DNA of 64,000 nt from Synergistales bacterium (GTDB lineage Bacteria; Synergistota; Synergistia; Synergistales; JAFGMB01), in assembly GCA_963666205.1 (NCBI GenBank), contig OY762654.1, positions 1,504,001-1,568,000 on the forward strand, read 5' to 3'. The notes below the pieces were generated by a model that had not been told where the DNA came from, did no database searches, and was given only the letters and a program-made list of their open reading frames with translations. Numbering within the stretch: position 1 is the first letter of the stretch; each line of letters opens with the position of its first letter. The position numbers and the translations under genes were made by a program. Shown one piece after another: positions 20,471 to 30,054 of the stretch.

Positions 20471-20927
20471 TAATGTTTTCCCCCTGTCTTACAGTTCCGT
20501 GTTCATTTATGAATTGCTCTACGGCTGCCCTTATCTGGTCTCTGACGATCCTGGACCTGGCAACCATTTCATCCCATTTCCCTGTGAAGGCTCCTATATC
20601 CTCAAAAGGCCAGTCGATCTTTTCATGCTGCCCCGGGAATATGGGACACCTGGCGGATTTGGCCTCATCACATACAGCTATTACATAATCGTATGTCCTG
20701 CCCTCTTCGAAGAATTCCATTATACCGTTAACTTTGTTAGCGGAAATGTCGACATCGATCTCCTTCATTACTTCCACGGCAAGGGGGTTTACTCCCGGAC
20801 CCGGCTCAAGGCCGGCACTCTCGGCTTCGAAACACTCTCCGCCCAGCATGTTCATGAAAGCTTCACCTATCTGGCTTCGAGCCGAATTCTGTCCACATAT
20901 GAATAATACACGAATTTTATCACTCAT
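20457..20927 (-). CDS. arsC: Thioredoxin-coupled arsenate reductase (LMW-PTP fold)
   Basis: ICGQNSARSQ P-loop, VCD....RCPIFPG redox Cys pair, WPFED. Confidence 0.85.
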   Translation of the reverse strand: MSDKIRVLFICGQNSARSQIGEAFMNMLGGECFEAESAGLEPGPGVNPLAVEVMKEIDVDISANKVNGIMEFFEEGRTYDYVIAVCDEAKSARCPIFPGQHEKIDWPFEDIGAFTGKWDEMVARSRIVRDQIRAAVEQFINEHGTVRQGENINVMA

Positions 20928-20979
20928 TCTAACAATCCTCCTGAAGTGTATCAGCTTACCCCAATATATAAGCTTTTTC

Positions 20980-23115
20980 TCAAGCTTGTGTAACAATACC
21001 CATTCTGATAGTCCGGGCAGAGTTCAGAACAGCCAGAAGTGCCACACCAACATCGGCGAACACTGCTTCCCAAAGCCCCGATATGCCGGCCAGGCCAAGA
21101 ATAAGGACTAACCCTTTAACTCCAAGGGCAAGGCTTATATTCTGCCAGACTATCCTCCTGGTCTGCCTGGCTATGGATATAGCATCTGCCACTTCTGAAG
21201 GTCTGTCGCTCAGGATAACCAGGTCAGCTGTTTCAACGGCTGCAGCTGAACCCAGTCCACCCATTGCTACTCCGACATCGGCGGCAGCAAGGGAGGGAGC
21301 ATCATTAATGCCATCCCCTGCAAAGAGGACCTTTCCTCCGATTTTGTTTCGGATGTTCTTTACCTGTTCGACCTTTTCGTGGGGAAGGAGTTCCGCCCTG
21401 TAATCGTCTATTTCCAGAGCTGCAGATACGGTTGTTGCAACTCCATACCTGTCGCCTGTAAGCATCTGTATCGTCCTGATCCCCATCTCTTTCAGTTTTC
21501 TTACCGCAAGGGGAGCATCTTCGCGGATCACATCAGAAACGACAAGGTAACCCTGATATCTATCATCCAGGGCAGCATGTACCACCGTACCTCCTTCTTC
21601 GACATGGGGTACCACTATACCCCTGTTTTCAAGAAGGGCTGCTTTCCCAGCGAGTATGAAATGGCCATTTTCTTCTGCTCGAACACCCTCGCCAGGGATC
21701 TCTTCCATCTCAATATTTATTGATGCCGGTTTCTTACCATAGGCTTTCATTACTGAACGGGCAATAGGGTGATTAGAGTTCATCTCAGCCATTGCTACGG
21801 TTGTCAGAAGCTCCTCGGGAGTCACCCCGGCAACCGGCCGCAGTGAAGTCACGTTAAATACCCCTTCTGTTAAAGTTCCCGTCTTGTCAAAGATAACTGA
21901 AGTCACCTCAGTAAGGGCATCCAGAACGTTACCTCCTTTTACAAGGAGACCATGTCTGGATGCAGCGCCTATTCCTCCGAAGTATCCCAGGGGAATACTT
22001 ACCATAAGGGCACAGGGACAGGATATTATCAGCAACACCAGAGCTCGATATATCCAGGAAGAAAATGAACCATACCCCATAAACGGGGGAAGAAGGGCTA
22101 CAAGAACCGCCAGGGTAACAACCGCAGGTGTATAATAACGGGCAAACTTTGTGATAAACCTTTCAGTGGGGGACTTCTGTGCAACTGCAAATTCGACCAG
22201 TTCAAGGATCCGGGCAATGGCGCTCTCCTTATATGGCGATGTAACCCGGATCTTAAGGACTCCCGTGAGGTTGAGACTTCCTCCATAAAGGGAGTGCCCA
22301 ACGCCTGCTGAGACAGGTACAGGTTCTCCCGTCAGGGGGGATGTATCCACATGGGAAGATCCTGTGAGCACCATTCCATCCAGAGGGATCTTCTCTCCCG
22401 GTTTTACTATCAGCATATCTCCGGGATTAACAGTGTCCGGAGAAACATTTATGATCTGATTCCCTTTGAGAAGGTTTGCGAAGGCCGGTTTTGATGCAAG
22501 CAGTGATTTTATGGATTTTCTGGAATTTGAGGCTGCCACATCCTGAAAGAATTCACCGACCCGGTAAAAGAGCATGACCCCCACGGCCTCTCCGAAGAAC
22601 CCAAGGGCAATAGCCGCAAAAGTGGCAAGGGTCATGAGGAAGAACTCGTCAAAAAGATGTCCCCGAATGACGTTCCTGAAAGCAGATTTAATAACACTCA
22701 GGCCACAGATAAGGTAGGCCGAGAGGAACACGGAATAGTAACCCAGGGAATAAGGAGTGGCTTTCAATTTCTCCCCAAAGACTATCCCTCCCATAAAGAG
22801 CAGCCCTGCAAGAAGGAGTTTCTTTATTTCGGGAAGGTTCTCCCTGTTAAAAATCGCTGACATGATACTCCCTTGCCCGGGAACAGCAGGAGTCATATTC
22901 TCTTCAGTAAGGATCTCCTCCACTTCCACATCCGGCTCTATCTTTTGGATAACCTGCAATATGGTTTCGAGGCCTATCTCTTCCCCATACATATTCAGAA
23001 GGGACTCGTCAAAATCTATGGATACCCCGCTGACACCGGGAAGACTCCCGAGAACCTGTTCCATCGTAGCGGCACAGCCTCGACACCCAAGATTGATCAA
23101 TCGATATTGTTTCAT
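20980..23115 (-). CDS. cadA: Heavy-metal P1B-type ATPase (Cd/Zn/Pb, CadA/ZntA-like)
   Basis: N-terminal CxxC HMA, TGEP, CPC, DKTGTLT, HP, GDGINDAP, FADVG. Confidence 0.9.
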   Translation of the reverse strand: MKQYRLINLGCRGCAATMEQVLGSLPGVSGVSIDFDESLLNMYGEEIGLETILQVIQKIEPDVEVEEILTEENMTPAVPGQGSIMSAIFNRENLPEIKKLLLAGLLFMGGIVFGEKLKATPYSLGYYSVFLSAYLICGLSVIKSAFRNVIRGHLFDEFFLMTLATFAAIALGFFGEAVGVMLFYRVGEFFQDVAASNSRKSIKSLLASKPAFANLLKGNQIINVSPDTVNPGDMLIVKPGEKIPLDGMVLTGSSHVDTSPLTGEPVPVSAGVGHSLYGGSLNLTGVLKIRVTSPYKESAIARILELVEFAVAQKSPTERFITKFARYYTPAVVTLAVLVALLPPFMGYGSFSSWIYRALVLLIISCPCALMVSIPLGYFGGIGAASRHGLLVKGGNVLDALTEVTSVIFDKTGTLTEGVFNVTSLRPVAGVTPEELLTTVAMAEMNSNHPIARSVMKAYGKKPASINIEMEEIPGEGVRAEENGHFILAGKAALLENRGIVVPHVEEGGTVVHAALDDRYQGYLVVSDVIREDAPLAVRKLKEMGIRTIQMLTGDRYGVATTVSAALEIDDYRAELLPHEKVEQVKNIRNKIGGKVLFAGDGINDAPSLAAADVGVAMGGLGSAAAVETADLVILSDRPSEVADAISIARQTRRIVWQNISLALGVKGLVLILGLAGISGLWEAVFADVGVALLAVLNSARTIRMGIVTQA

Positions 23116-23161
23116 TTCATTCCTCCGTTACTGAGGATCTTCTGCAATTTCTGTTCAGATA

Positions 23162-24328
23162 TTAACCCGCCATCAGACCGAATATGGTCCCTGCCAGAGT
23201 TGAAAGAACTACCACAAGACTGACATAGACCACGGTTTTTTTCGTTCCGATAACGCTCCTTATGACAAGCATGTTGGGTAGGGAAAGAGCCGGACCGGCC
23301 AGTAGAAGAGCCAATGCCGGCCCTTTACCCATCCCTGCACCAAGAAGACCCTGGAGAATAGGCACCTCCGTAAGAGTTGCAAAATACATGAAAGCACCGG
23401 CAATGGAAGCAAAGAAATTAGAAAAGATCGAATTACCTCCCACAAGGGATGCGACCCACTGGCTTGGGATCAATGCTTCGTGGCCGGGTCTTCCCAGAAG
23501 AAAACCTGCGACCAGAACTCCGCCAAAAAGAAGGGGAAGTACCTGAAGGGCATATCCCCAGGTAGAACTCATCCATTCCTGTCTTTCTTCTTTGGAGAAC
23601 CATATAACTGTTGAAGCCGCTACGGAGACAAGAGCAGCCGCGGCTATATACCACTTAATCGAATAAGCCGCCGCCCAGAAACCCACCGGCACCTTTGGTG
23701 CTGCCCAGTTGGCAAAGACAAGAAAGACAACCATGCTGGCCATGTGCCACACTGTTTTCCAAAGGGGACGGGTATTATCATCTTCTTCGATCCGGGCAAA
23801 ACCTGCCTGACGTTCCCTTTCCTCATGACGGAAGATAAAGGCCATGGATATACCGATGATAACGCTGAAGGCAATAGCCCCCACAGCCCTTGCAATACCC
23901 ATCTCCAGACCGAGGACACGGGCTGTCAGTATTATGGCAAGAACATTTATGGCCGGTCCGGAATAAAGAAAAGCTGAGGCCGGGCCAAGTCCTGCTCCCC
24001 GCATGTAGATACCTGCAAAAAGAGGAAGAACTGTACAGGAGCAGACAGCGAGTATCGTACCTGAGACGGCGGCAACACTGTAGGCGACCATCTTCTTTGC
24101 TCCGGCTCCAAGATACTTCATCACCGACTGTTGACTTACGAATACCGTAATGGCTCCAGCTATGAAAAATGCCGGGACAAGACACAAAAGAACGTGCTGA
24201 CGGGCATACTCGTGAGTCATGGCAAGAGCTTCAAGGGCACCACTGCTTATCCTTGTACTCTCAACGGGAAGAAAATAGAAAAGGGCAAAGAAAAGAAATA
24301 TATACAGGAACTTCTTTCTGTCTTCCAT
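23162..24328 (-). CDS. ArsP/DUF318-family permease
   Basis: CLVPAFFIAGAI, AVCSCTVLP, FLYSGPAIN, MYFATLTEVPI, GPALSLP. Confidence 0.85.
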   Translation of the reverse strand: MEDRKKFLYIFLFFALFYFLPVESTRISSGALEALAMTHEYARQHVLLCLVPAFFIAGAITVFVSQQSVMKYLGAGAKKMVAYSVAAVSGTILAVCSCTVLPLFAGIYMRGAGLGPASAFLYSGPAINVLAIILTARVLGLEMGIARAVGAIAFSVIIGISMAFIFRHEERERQAGFARIEEDDNTRPLWKTVWHMASMVVFLVFANWAAPKVPVGFWAAAYSIKWYIAAAALVSVAASTVIWFSKEERQEWMSSTWGYALQVLPLLFGGVLVAGFLLGRPGHEALIPSQWVASLVGGNSIFSNFFASIAGAFMYFATLTEVPILQGLLGAGMGKGPALALLLAGPALSLPNMLVIRSVIGTKKTVVYVSLVVVLSTLAGTIFGLMAG

Positions 24329-24446
24329 CTTTGAAAAAACCTCCATTAAGTGAAAATTTATTCACATATATTCTTTAAAACTTCCCCGATGATTCAAATC
24401 CACCGGGGTTTTTATTAACCTGTACAGGCCTGCATAAATGGAGGCA

Positions 24447-24680
24447 CTACTTCGACAGCAATTCCTTCATTCTATCTTCAGTCGGGATTTTCCCGGCCAC
24501 TACCACTTTTCCGTCAATTACAAGACCAGGGGTGGACATTACACCGAACTGCATTATATCCACTATCTCCGTAACTTTCTCAAGTTCATAATCTATACCG
24601 AGATCTTTAGCTGCTTTCTCTGCCACCTCGGCCATTTTCTTACACTTTGCACATCCTGTACCAAGAATCTGTATTTTCAT
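24447..24680 (-). CDS. Small thioredoxin-like redox-active disulfide protein
   Basis: MKIQILGTGCAKC...GVMSTPGLVIDG. Confidence 0.88.
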   Translation of the reverse strand: MKIQILGTGCAKCKKMAEVAEKAAKDLGIDYELEKVTEIVDIMQFGVMSTPGLVIDGKVVVAGKIPTEDRMKELLSK

Positions 24681-24796
24681 TTTAAAACCACCTGCCGATT
24701 TTAGATTTGCGATTTTGGATTGAAACCCGGTTAAATTCATAAGATCAAAACAGTTAAAATCCTGTACATTAGAATTTAATATTTAAACTCAAAAAC

Positions 24797-25126
24797 TTAT
24801 TCCTTACTGCTACAGCTGCATGTCAGCAACGAAGTTAGAGGCTCTTCTCCCTGCACCACAAGTTCAACACATTTAAGAAGGGTAGTCAGGCACTTCATTC
24901 TGAGGCTGTAATAAATATGAAGGCCATCCCTTCGGTCATCAAGAATATCAAGATTTTTCATGAGAGTCAGGTGTTTGCTTATGCTGGTCCTGTCAAGGGT
25001 AAACTTCTCGGCTATGTCACAGACACACATTTCGCCGCCTGCAAGAACCTCAACAATTCCAAGACGTACCGGATGGGCCAGTCCCTTAAGTATGGCTGCC
25101 TTTTTTTTCTGTATCTGATCACTCAT
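24797..25126 (-). CDS. arsR: ArsR/SmtB-family metalloregulator
   Basis: LAHPVRL.I..L..GEMCVCDI, ISKHL, C-terminal Cys. Confidence 0.88.
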   Translation of the reverse strand: MSDQIQKKKAAILKGLAHPVRLGIVEVLAGGEMCVCDIAEKFTLDRTSISKHLTLMKNLDILDDRRDGLHIYYSLRMKCLTTLLKCVELVVQGEEPLTSLLTCSCSSKE

Positions 25127-25146
25127 CCTGATGATCTCACCTCCAT

Positions 25147-25184
25147 TATGTGAATATATTACCACATAGCCATTTATCCTGCAA
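25147..25184 (-). promoter_or_regulatory. arsR promoter and operator palindrome
   Basis: TTGCAG-17-TAATAT (TGTG extended) overlapping TATGTG-N10-CACATA; related site at 24348-24368. Confidence 0.6.
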
Positions 25185-25352
25185 GAGTGTTAAAAACATT
25201 TCAAGACCCTGTCTATTTTACTTGCTCCAGACCTGAAGAGTTACCTTTGAATTTAGATGGGGGAAGGATTATGTATGTTTTTAAAGGAAGGAATATTAAT
25301 AAAAATACTATATCAAGACCTGACCCTAACTTGACGAACTTAAAATTGAAAG

Positions 25353-25428
25353 TGGTGGATCATACAGGAATCGAACCTGTAACCCCCTGATTAAGAGTCA
25401 GGTGCTCTGCCAATTGAGCTAATGATCC
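25353..25428 (-). tRNA. tRNA-Lys (anticodon CUU)
   Basis: 76 nt GGATCAT..TAGCTCAATTGGCAGAGC..CTGA-CT-CTT-AA-TCAG..GGTTCGATTCC..ATGATCC-A-CCA. Confidence 0.95.
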
Positions 25429-25567
25429 ACTTTATTCTCTTGAGATGGTTCAATGCAAAGGGAATAATAACAGAAAAAAGGGCTCAGGGAAAGGGGAAAA
25501 CATCTGCAAATCAAAAAAAGACCGAATTTATGATCTCACCCTGAGTCCCTTCTCTTTCCGTTTACAT

Positions 25568-25879
25568 TCAAAGATCCGAAATAAATCTCAGTCGGAGCCT
25601 TCCAGCACCTTCGACGAAAAAAAGGAAATCCCCTTCCTTTCCAGGCCCGATCAGTTCCATATGGGCAGAAACATCCTCATGGATCCAGCATGTGATATTA
25701 TCGGTTGTCTGAAAGGGTTCATAACCCTTGAGTTCTTCAGGTTTTCCCCAGAGGCCCAACGGACCCTTGAAAGCATTTCATCAGCCGGAAATACAGACGC
25801 CCATCCTGATATGAAAATGCCCTCCCTTTGAGGAAACAATACCGAGCCAGTATTTCGAGGTTATCCTTATCTTTTTCAT
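25568..25879 (-). CDS. 103-codon ORF with two adjacent in-frame UGA codons (C-I-S-G-U-U); candidate selenoprotein, possibly HesB/IscA-like fold
   Basis: ATG 25879, TGA TGA at codons 33-34, reading continues in frame into the track ORF 25568-25759; hairpin downstream. Confidence 0.55.
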
Positions 25880-25936
25880 GAAATCAACTTTCCATCAGAA
25901 TTTTATTAGTCCTCATAATGGGTAAACCATGAGGTA

Positions 25937-28297
25937 TCAGAATTCAGCCTGCTCGGACCTGGCAATTATCTCTTCCTGATGATCCCTGTCGAGATCGACG
26001 AAATAGTCACTGTACCCCGCCACCCTCACAAGAAGATCCCTGTAGTCCTGGGGATTTACCTGGGCATCTCTCAAAGTTCCGGCATCAACCACGTTGAATT
26101 GCATATGATGACCGTTGAATTTGAAGTATGTCCTTATGAGGTTCATGAATTTGCGGATACCATCTTCTCCCTTAAGGACAGATGGCAGGAACTTCTGGTT
26201 AAGAAGAGTGCCTCCCGTCTTTATCTGGTCCATCTTCCCGAGAGATTTGACAACTGCCGTTGGGCCGTTCCTGTCTGCTCCATGCTCTGGTGAAGTTCCG
26301 TCAGACTCGGGCATGCCTGCCAGCCTTCCGTTGGCGGAAGCTCCAAGCTTCTTCCCGAAATAGATGTGACAGGTGGTAGAAAGCATGTTCAGGTAATATC
26401 GGGTCCCCTTTGTATTGGGTTTACCCTCTATGAACCTGTTGAGAGAGGCAAAGACCCTCTGCATGATCTCATCGGCATGGTCATCGTCATTCCCGAAGAA
26501 GGGGGTGTGGTTGAAGAGGAATTGCCTGAGGTCCTCCCTGCCTTCAAAATTCGAAAGAAGAACATCATTAAGCTCGGGAAGAGTCATCTTATTATCCTGG
26601 AATACATGTTTTTTTATGGCTGAAAGGCTGTCCGTAATAGTACCTATTCCGCAGCACTGGATGTAGTTGGTGTTGTAGCGGGGACCTCCGTTGTAATAGT
26701 CCCTGCCATTCTTTATGCAGTCCTGTATTACTACTGAGAGGAAGGTGGCAGGAACTTCCTTACCATACATCTTCTCGATAATGTTATTCACCTTTATCTT
26801 AAGATCCACTATATATTCAAGCTGTTTCTCGAAGGCATCGTAAAGATCATCGAAGTTTGTGAAAGATCCAGGCTCCCCGGTCATCAGTCCGATCTGCTCA
26901 CCGGTCATGGGATCGACACCATTGTTCATGGCTAGTTCAAAGATCTTGGGTACATTCAGATAGCCCGTAAGTATATAGGCCTCTTTGCCAAAACATCCTG
27001 TTTCGATGCATCCGCTGCATCCGCCACCCCGTGCATCTTCAAGGGATTTTCCCGCCCTGACCTGCTCGGCCACGACCGCATCGGCATTGAAAACCGAAGG
27101 ATATCCGTAACCCTTCCGGATCACTTCGCTCGCCTTTTTCAAAAAATGATCCTGGGTCACCTGACTTATCTGCACATTGACCTGGGGCTGAAGAAGGTGG
27201 ATCTCGTCAAAGGCTTCAAGGAGTATGAAGGAAACCTCGTTTACCCCTGATCTTCCATCCCTGGTGAGCCCTCCCAGGTTTATATTGGTGAAATCGTTAT
27301 AGGTCCCGCTTTCCTGGGCCGTCACCCCCACCTTGGGAGGGGCCGGCTGATTGTTGAACTTTATAAGGAAACATTCAAGGAGTTCCTTTGCCTGTTCACG
27401 GGTCAGGGAACCATCCTCGATCCCCTTCTCGTAAAAGGGTCCCATGTGCTGATCCAGGTGACCCGGGTTCATGGCATCCCAGCCATTGAGCTCAGAAATG
27501 GTACCCAGGTGGACGAACCAGTACATCTGGAGGGCTTCATGCAGGTCCCTGGGGGCATTGGCCGGCACCCACCGGCACACTTCCGCGATCTTCAGGAGTT
27601 CTACTTTCCTTCCAGGATCCTTTTCTGTTTCTGCCATTTCCTCCGCAAGGTCTGCGTGCCTGTTGGCAAAATGGATTGCCGCATCGCAGGATATGAGCAT
27701 GGCCTTCAGCTCTTCTTCCTTGTCAATGGCCTCGGGATCATTAAGATAATCAAGCTTTAAAAGGGCTTCGCTGATCTCTTCCTTGAAATCCAGCATCCCT
27801 TTCTCATAAATGATCCCGTCAAGGGTGGTGTGGCCGGCTGCCCTCTGTTCCATGAACTCAGTGAACATACCAGCCGAATAGGCCCGTTTCCATTCTTCCG
27901 GAACCACCTGAAATATACGATCCCTCATAGTACGTCCATTCCAGTAGGGCAGGACTTCCTTTTCATAGGTCGCGATATCCTTGGGATCCACATCGTAGGA
28001 GGTCATGGGTCTTGAATTCAATACCCTCAAGTCTTCCACGGTATGGCAGTTGAGTTCGGGAAAAGTGGAAACAGCCTTTGGACGTGGCCCCCTCTCACCA
28101 ACGATCACTTCGCCCTCTCCGATATATATGGTCTGTTTCGCCCACAGATTGCTGAAATTAAGGGCTCTCATCACAGGAGCCGAGTACTTGCCTGCATTTT
28201 CCCGATAGAATTCCGTTACAAGCTGTGCTCTTTCGATCGATACAGACGGCTTTGTGTTAAGGCTTTCAGTTCTAAGTTTTTCAACTCTTGGGGTCAT
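25937..28297 (-). CDS. hypD: Glycyl radical enzyme, trans-4-hydroxy-L-proline dehydratase
   Basis: FTEFMEQRA.GH, ELN.WDA, FNNQPAPPKVG..ESGTYNDF, SGCIETG, TGY.N, STTCH, RVAGYS match the HypD active-site pattern. Confidence 0.88.
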   Translation of the reverse strand: MTPRVEKLRTESLNTKPSVSIERAQLVTEFYRENAGKYSAPVMRALNFSNLWAKQTIYIGEGEVIVGERGPRPKAVSTFPELNCHTVEDLRVLNSRPMTSYDVDPKDIATYEKEVLPYWNGRTMRDRIFQVVPEEWKRAYSAGMFTEFMEQRAAGHTTLDGIIYEKGMLDFKEEISEALLKLDYLNDPEAIDKEEELKAMLISCDAAIHFANRHADLAEEMAETEKDPGRKVELLKIAEVCRWVPANAPRDLHEALQMYWFVHLGTISELNGWDAMNPGHLDQHMGPFYEKGIEDGSLTREQAKELLECFLIKFNNQPAPPKVGVTAQESGTYNDFTNINLGGLTRDGRSGVNEVSFILLEAFDEIHLLQPQVNVQISQVTQDHFLKKASEVIRKGYGYPSVFNADAVVAEQVRAGKSLEDARGGGCSGCIETGCFGKEAYILTGYLNVPKIFELAMNNGVDPMTGEQIGLMTGEPGSFTNFDDLYDAFEKQLEYIVDLKIKVNNIIEKMYGKEVPATFLSVVIQDCIKNGRDYYNGGPRYNTNYIQCCGIGTITDSLSAIKKHVFQDNKMTLPELNDVLLSNFEGREDLRQFLFNHTPFFGNDDDHADEIMQRVFASLNRFIEGKPNTKGTRYYLNMLSTTCHIYFGKKLGASANGRLAGMPESDGTSPEHGADRNGPTAVVKSLGKMDQIKTGGTLLNQKFLPSVLKGEDGIRKFMNLIRTYFKFNGHHMQFNVVDAGTLRDAQVNPQDYRDLLVRVAGYSDYFVDLDRDHQEEIIARSEQAEF

Positions 28298-28301
28298 AAT
28301 T

Positions 28302-29210
28302 TCATCCTCCTATCTGCACTTCAATTCCATGCTTACAGAACAGATCCTGGATATGAAGCATCTTATCTTTCCCTGGGGGTAAGGTCTCTTTCAATTTATA
28401 ATCGCTTTTCAAGTTGGAATACTTGGATTTTCCAAAATCATGGTAGGGCAACAGGTTCACGGAGTAAGAACCTTCAAGGGTCCTGAGAAAGTCTGCGGTG
28501 GCATTCAGATTTTCAAGATCATCGTTTATACCCGGGATAACAGGTATCCGGATAAAAACCCTGGTCCCGCTTGCGGAAAGAACCCTGAGGTTGGAGAGGA
28601 CAAGCTCGTTCCTGACCCCGGTGTATTTAAAATGTTTTTCAGGATCCATCATCTTGAGATCATAAAGGAAGAGATCCGTGAACGGAGTTACTTGTTTTAT
28701 GACCTGTAAAGGAGCGAAACCCGTTGTGTCAACAGTTCGATGAATACCCTCATTGCCGCAGGCCTTCAGAATTTCAATAAGAAATTCATGCTGGGAAAGA
28801 GGTTCTCCTCCCGAAAAAGTCACACCCCCTCCTGAATCATCAAAGAAGGGAATATCCTTTCGTATCTCTTTCATCAGATCCTTGACCGTTATCTCTTTCC
28901 CCATCATCTCCAGTGCCCTTGTGGGACAGCTTTCAGCACAGGTGCCGCAGGAAGTGCAGAATGAACTGTCTATCCGTATACCCCCCTCAGAGGCGAGGTA
29001 CAATGCAGATTCAGGGCACACAGAAACACATGTACCACAGTCAATACACCTTGAGCGGCGATAAACAAGTTCAGGTTCCGGCCTTATTCCTTCAGGGTTA
29101 TGACACCACCAGCAGGACAAGGGGCAACCTTTAAGAAATACGGTGGTCCTTATTCCGGGCCCGTCATGGAGGGAATATTTCTTTATGCTGAATATCACGC
29201 CATTCTTCAA
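28302..29210 (-). CDS. Glycyl-radical enzyme activase with 2x[4Fe-4S] insert (HypD activase)
   Basis: HDGPGIRTTVFLKGCPLSCWWCHNPE, two CxxCxxCxxxCP motifs, SGGEP. Confidence 0.93.
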   Translation of the reverse strand: MKNGVIFSIKKYSLHDGPGIRTTVFLKGCPLSCWWCHNPEGIRPEPELVYRRSRCIDCGTCVSVCPESALYLASEGGIRIDSSFCTSCGTCAESCPTRALEMMGKEITVKDLMKEIRKDIPFFDDSGGGVTFSGGEPLSQHEFLIEILKACGNEGIHRTVDTTGFAPLQVIKQVTPFTDLFLYDLKMMDPEKHFKYTGVRNELVLSNLRVLSASGTRVFIRIPVIPGINDDLENLNATADFLRTLEGSYSVNLLPYHDFGKSKYSNLKSDYKLKETLPPGKDKMLHIQDLFCKHGIEVQIGG

Positions 29211-29905
29211 AGGTTTTTCTCCCCTTCAGGATGATCAAGTTCGTGGGAACTGGCAAAGTAATATTTTTTTATATAACGCTCCTGAACATAATATGACCAA
29301 TGCACATCCCTCACAAATTTCGAGGCACCCTCGAAATCTCCTTTGTCAAAAAGGTTTACAAGTTCACGATGCTCACCCATGGAGTTCATCTCCCACTCCT
29401 TAAGGAAACCCTTTTTCCTGGGAAAATCGTAAAGCCTCTGCTTGTAGATACGGACCATATGGACAAGATCAGAGTTCGTCGAAAGATCTATGTAGATATC
29501 GTGAAAGGCAAGATTTTTTTCATAGAAGTCATCAAAATCGTTTCTGTAAAGAGCATCATCCATTTCCCGGATAAGTCTGTTCATGCTGTCTGTATCCGCT
29601 TTGCGAAATTTGAAAGCATTGTTGATTATGGCCGTGCTTTCCAGAGAACCCAGGATCTCGTAGATATTCGATATTTCCGGAAGGTCCAATACCCGAACCA
29701 TAACGCCCCGCCTTGGAAATATACGAACAAACCCTTCTGCCTCCAATTGAAAAAGAGCATCCCTCAAGGGCGTTTTACTTATTCCAAGTTCGTTGGCCAT
29801 TTCACCAAGCATCAGAAATTCACCAGGCTCAACGGCACCTTCGTTCATCTGGGTGCGAAGAAAGGTATAGACTTGTTCTCTGAGTGATTTTACCGGTGAT
29901 GGCAT
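29207..29905 (-). CDS. GntR-family (FCD) regulator
   Basis: SLREQVY..LR, ELGISKTPLRDAL..LE.EG, FCD N..FH. Confidence 0.9.
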   Translation of the reverse strand: MPSPVKSLREQVYTFLRTQMNEGAVEPGEFLMLGEMANELGISKTPLRDALFQLEAEGFVRIFPRRGVMVRVLDLPEISNIYEILGSLESTAIINNAFKFRKADTDSMNRLIREMDDALYRNDFDDFYEKNLAFHDIYIDLSTNSDLVHMVRIYKQRLYDFPRKKGFLKEWEMNSMGEHRELVNLFDKGDFEGASKFVRDVHWSYYVQERYIKKYYFASSHELDHPEGEKNL

Positions 29906-29942
29906 GGTGTTCCCTCCATCTTATGATGTTTGGATCCCAATG

Positions 29943-29997
29943 TTGTATGTAATATATCAGTGATGTATAAATTACCACAGTTTCTTCTTTCGGTCAA
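29943..29997 (-). promoter_or_regulatory. Promoter and putative GntR operator, copy 1
   Basis: TTGACC-17-TAATTT with TGTG extension, then TATACATCACTGATATATTACATACAA; homologous to 36290-36344. Confidence 0.7.
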
Positions 29998-30054
29998 TTG
30001 TCTACTCTTATAAAGCATTCCTCTAACCTTATATGGGTATCTGGATAATAGTTT

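Noticed and set aside
20180-25428. Genomic island integrated at the tRNA-Lys 3' end
   Set aside because: The position is suggestive, but I found no integrase and no duplicated tRNA 3' end (att) in the window.
25937-28297. Pyruvate formate-lyase or choline TMA-lyase
   Set aside because: Single active-site Cys (GCIE, not CC) and HypD-specific motifs.
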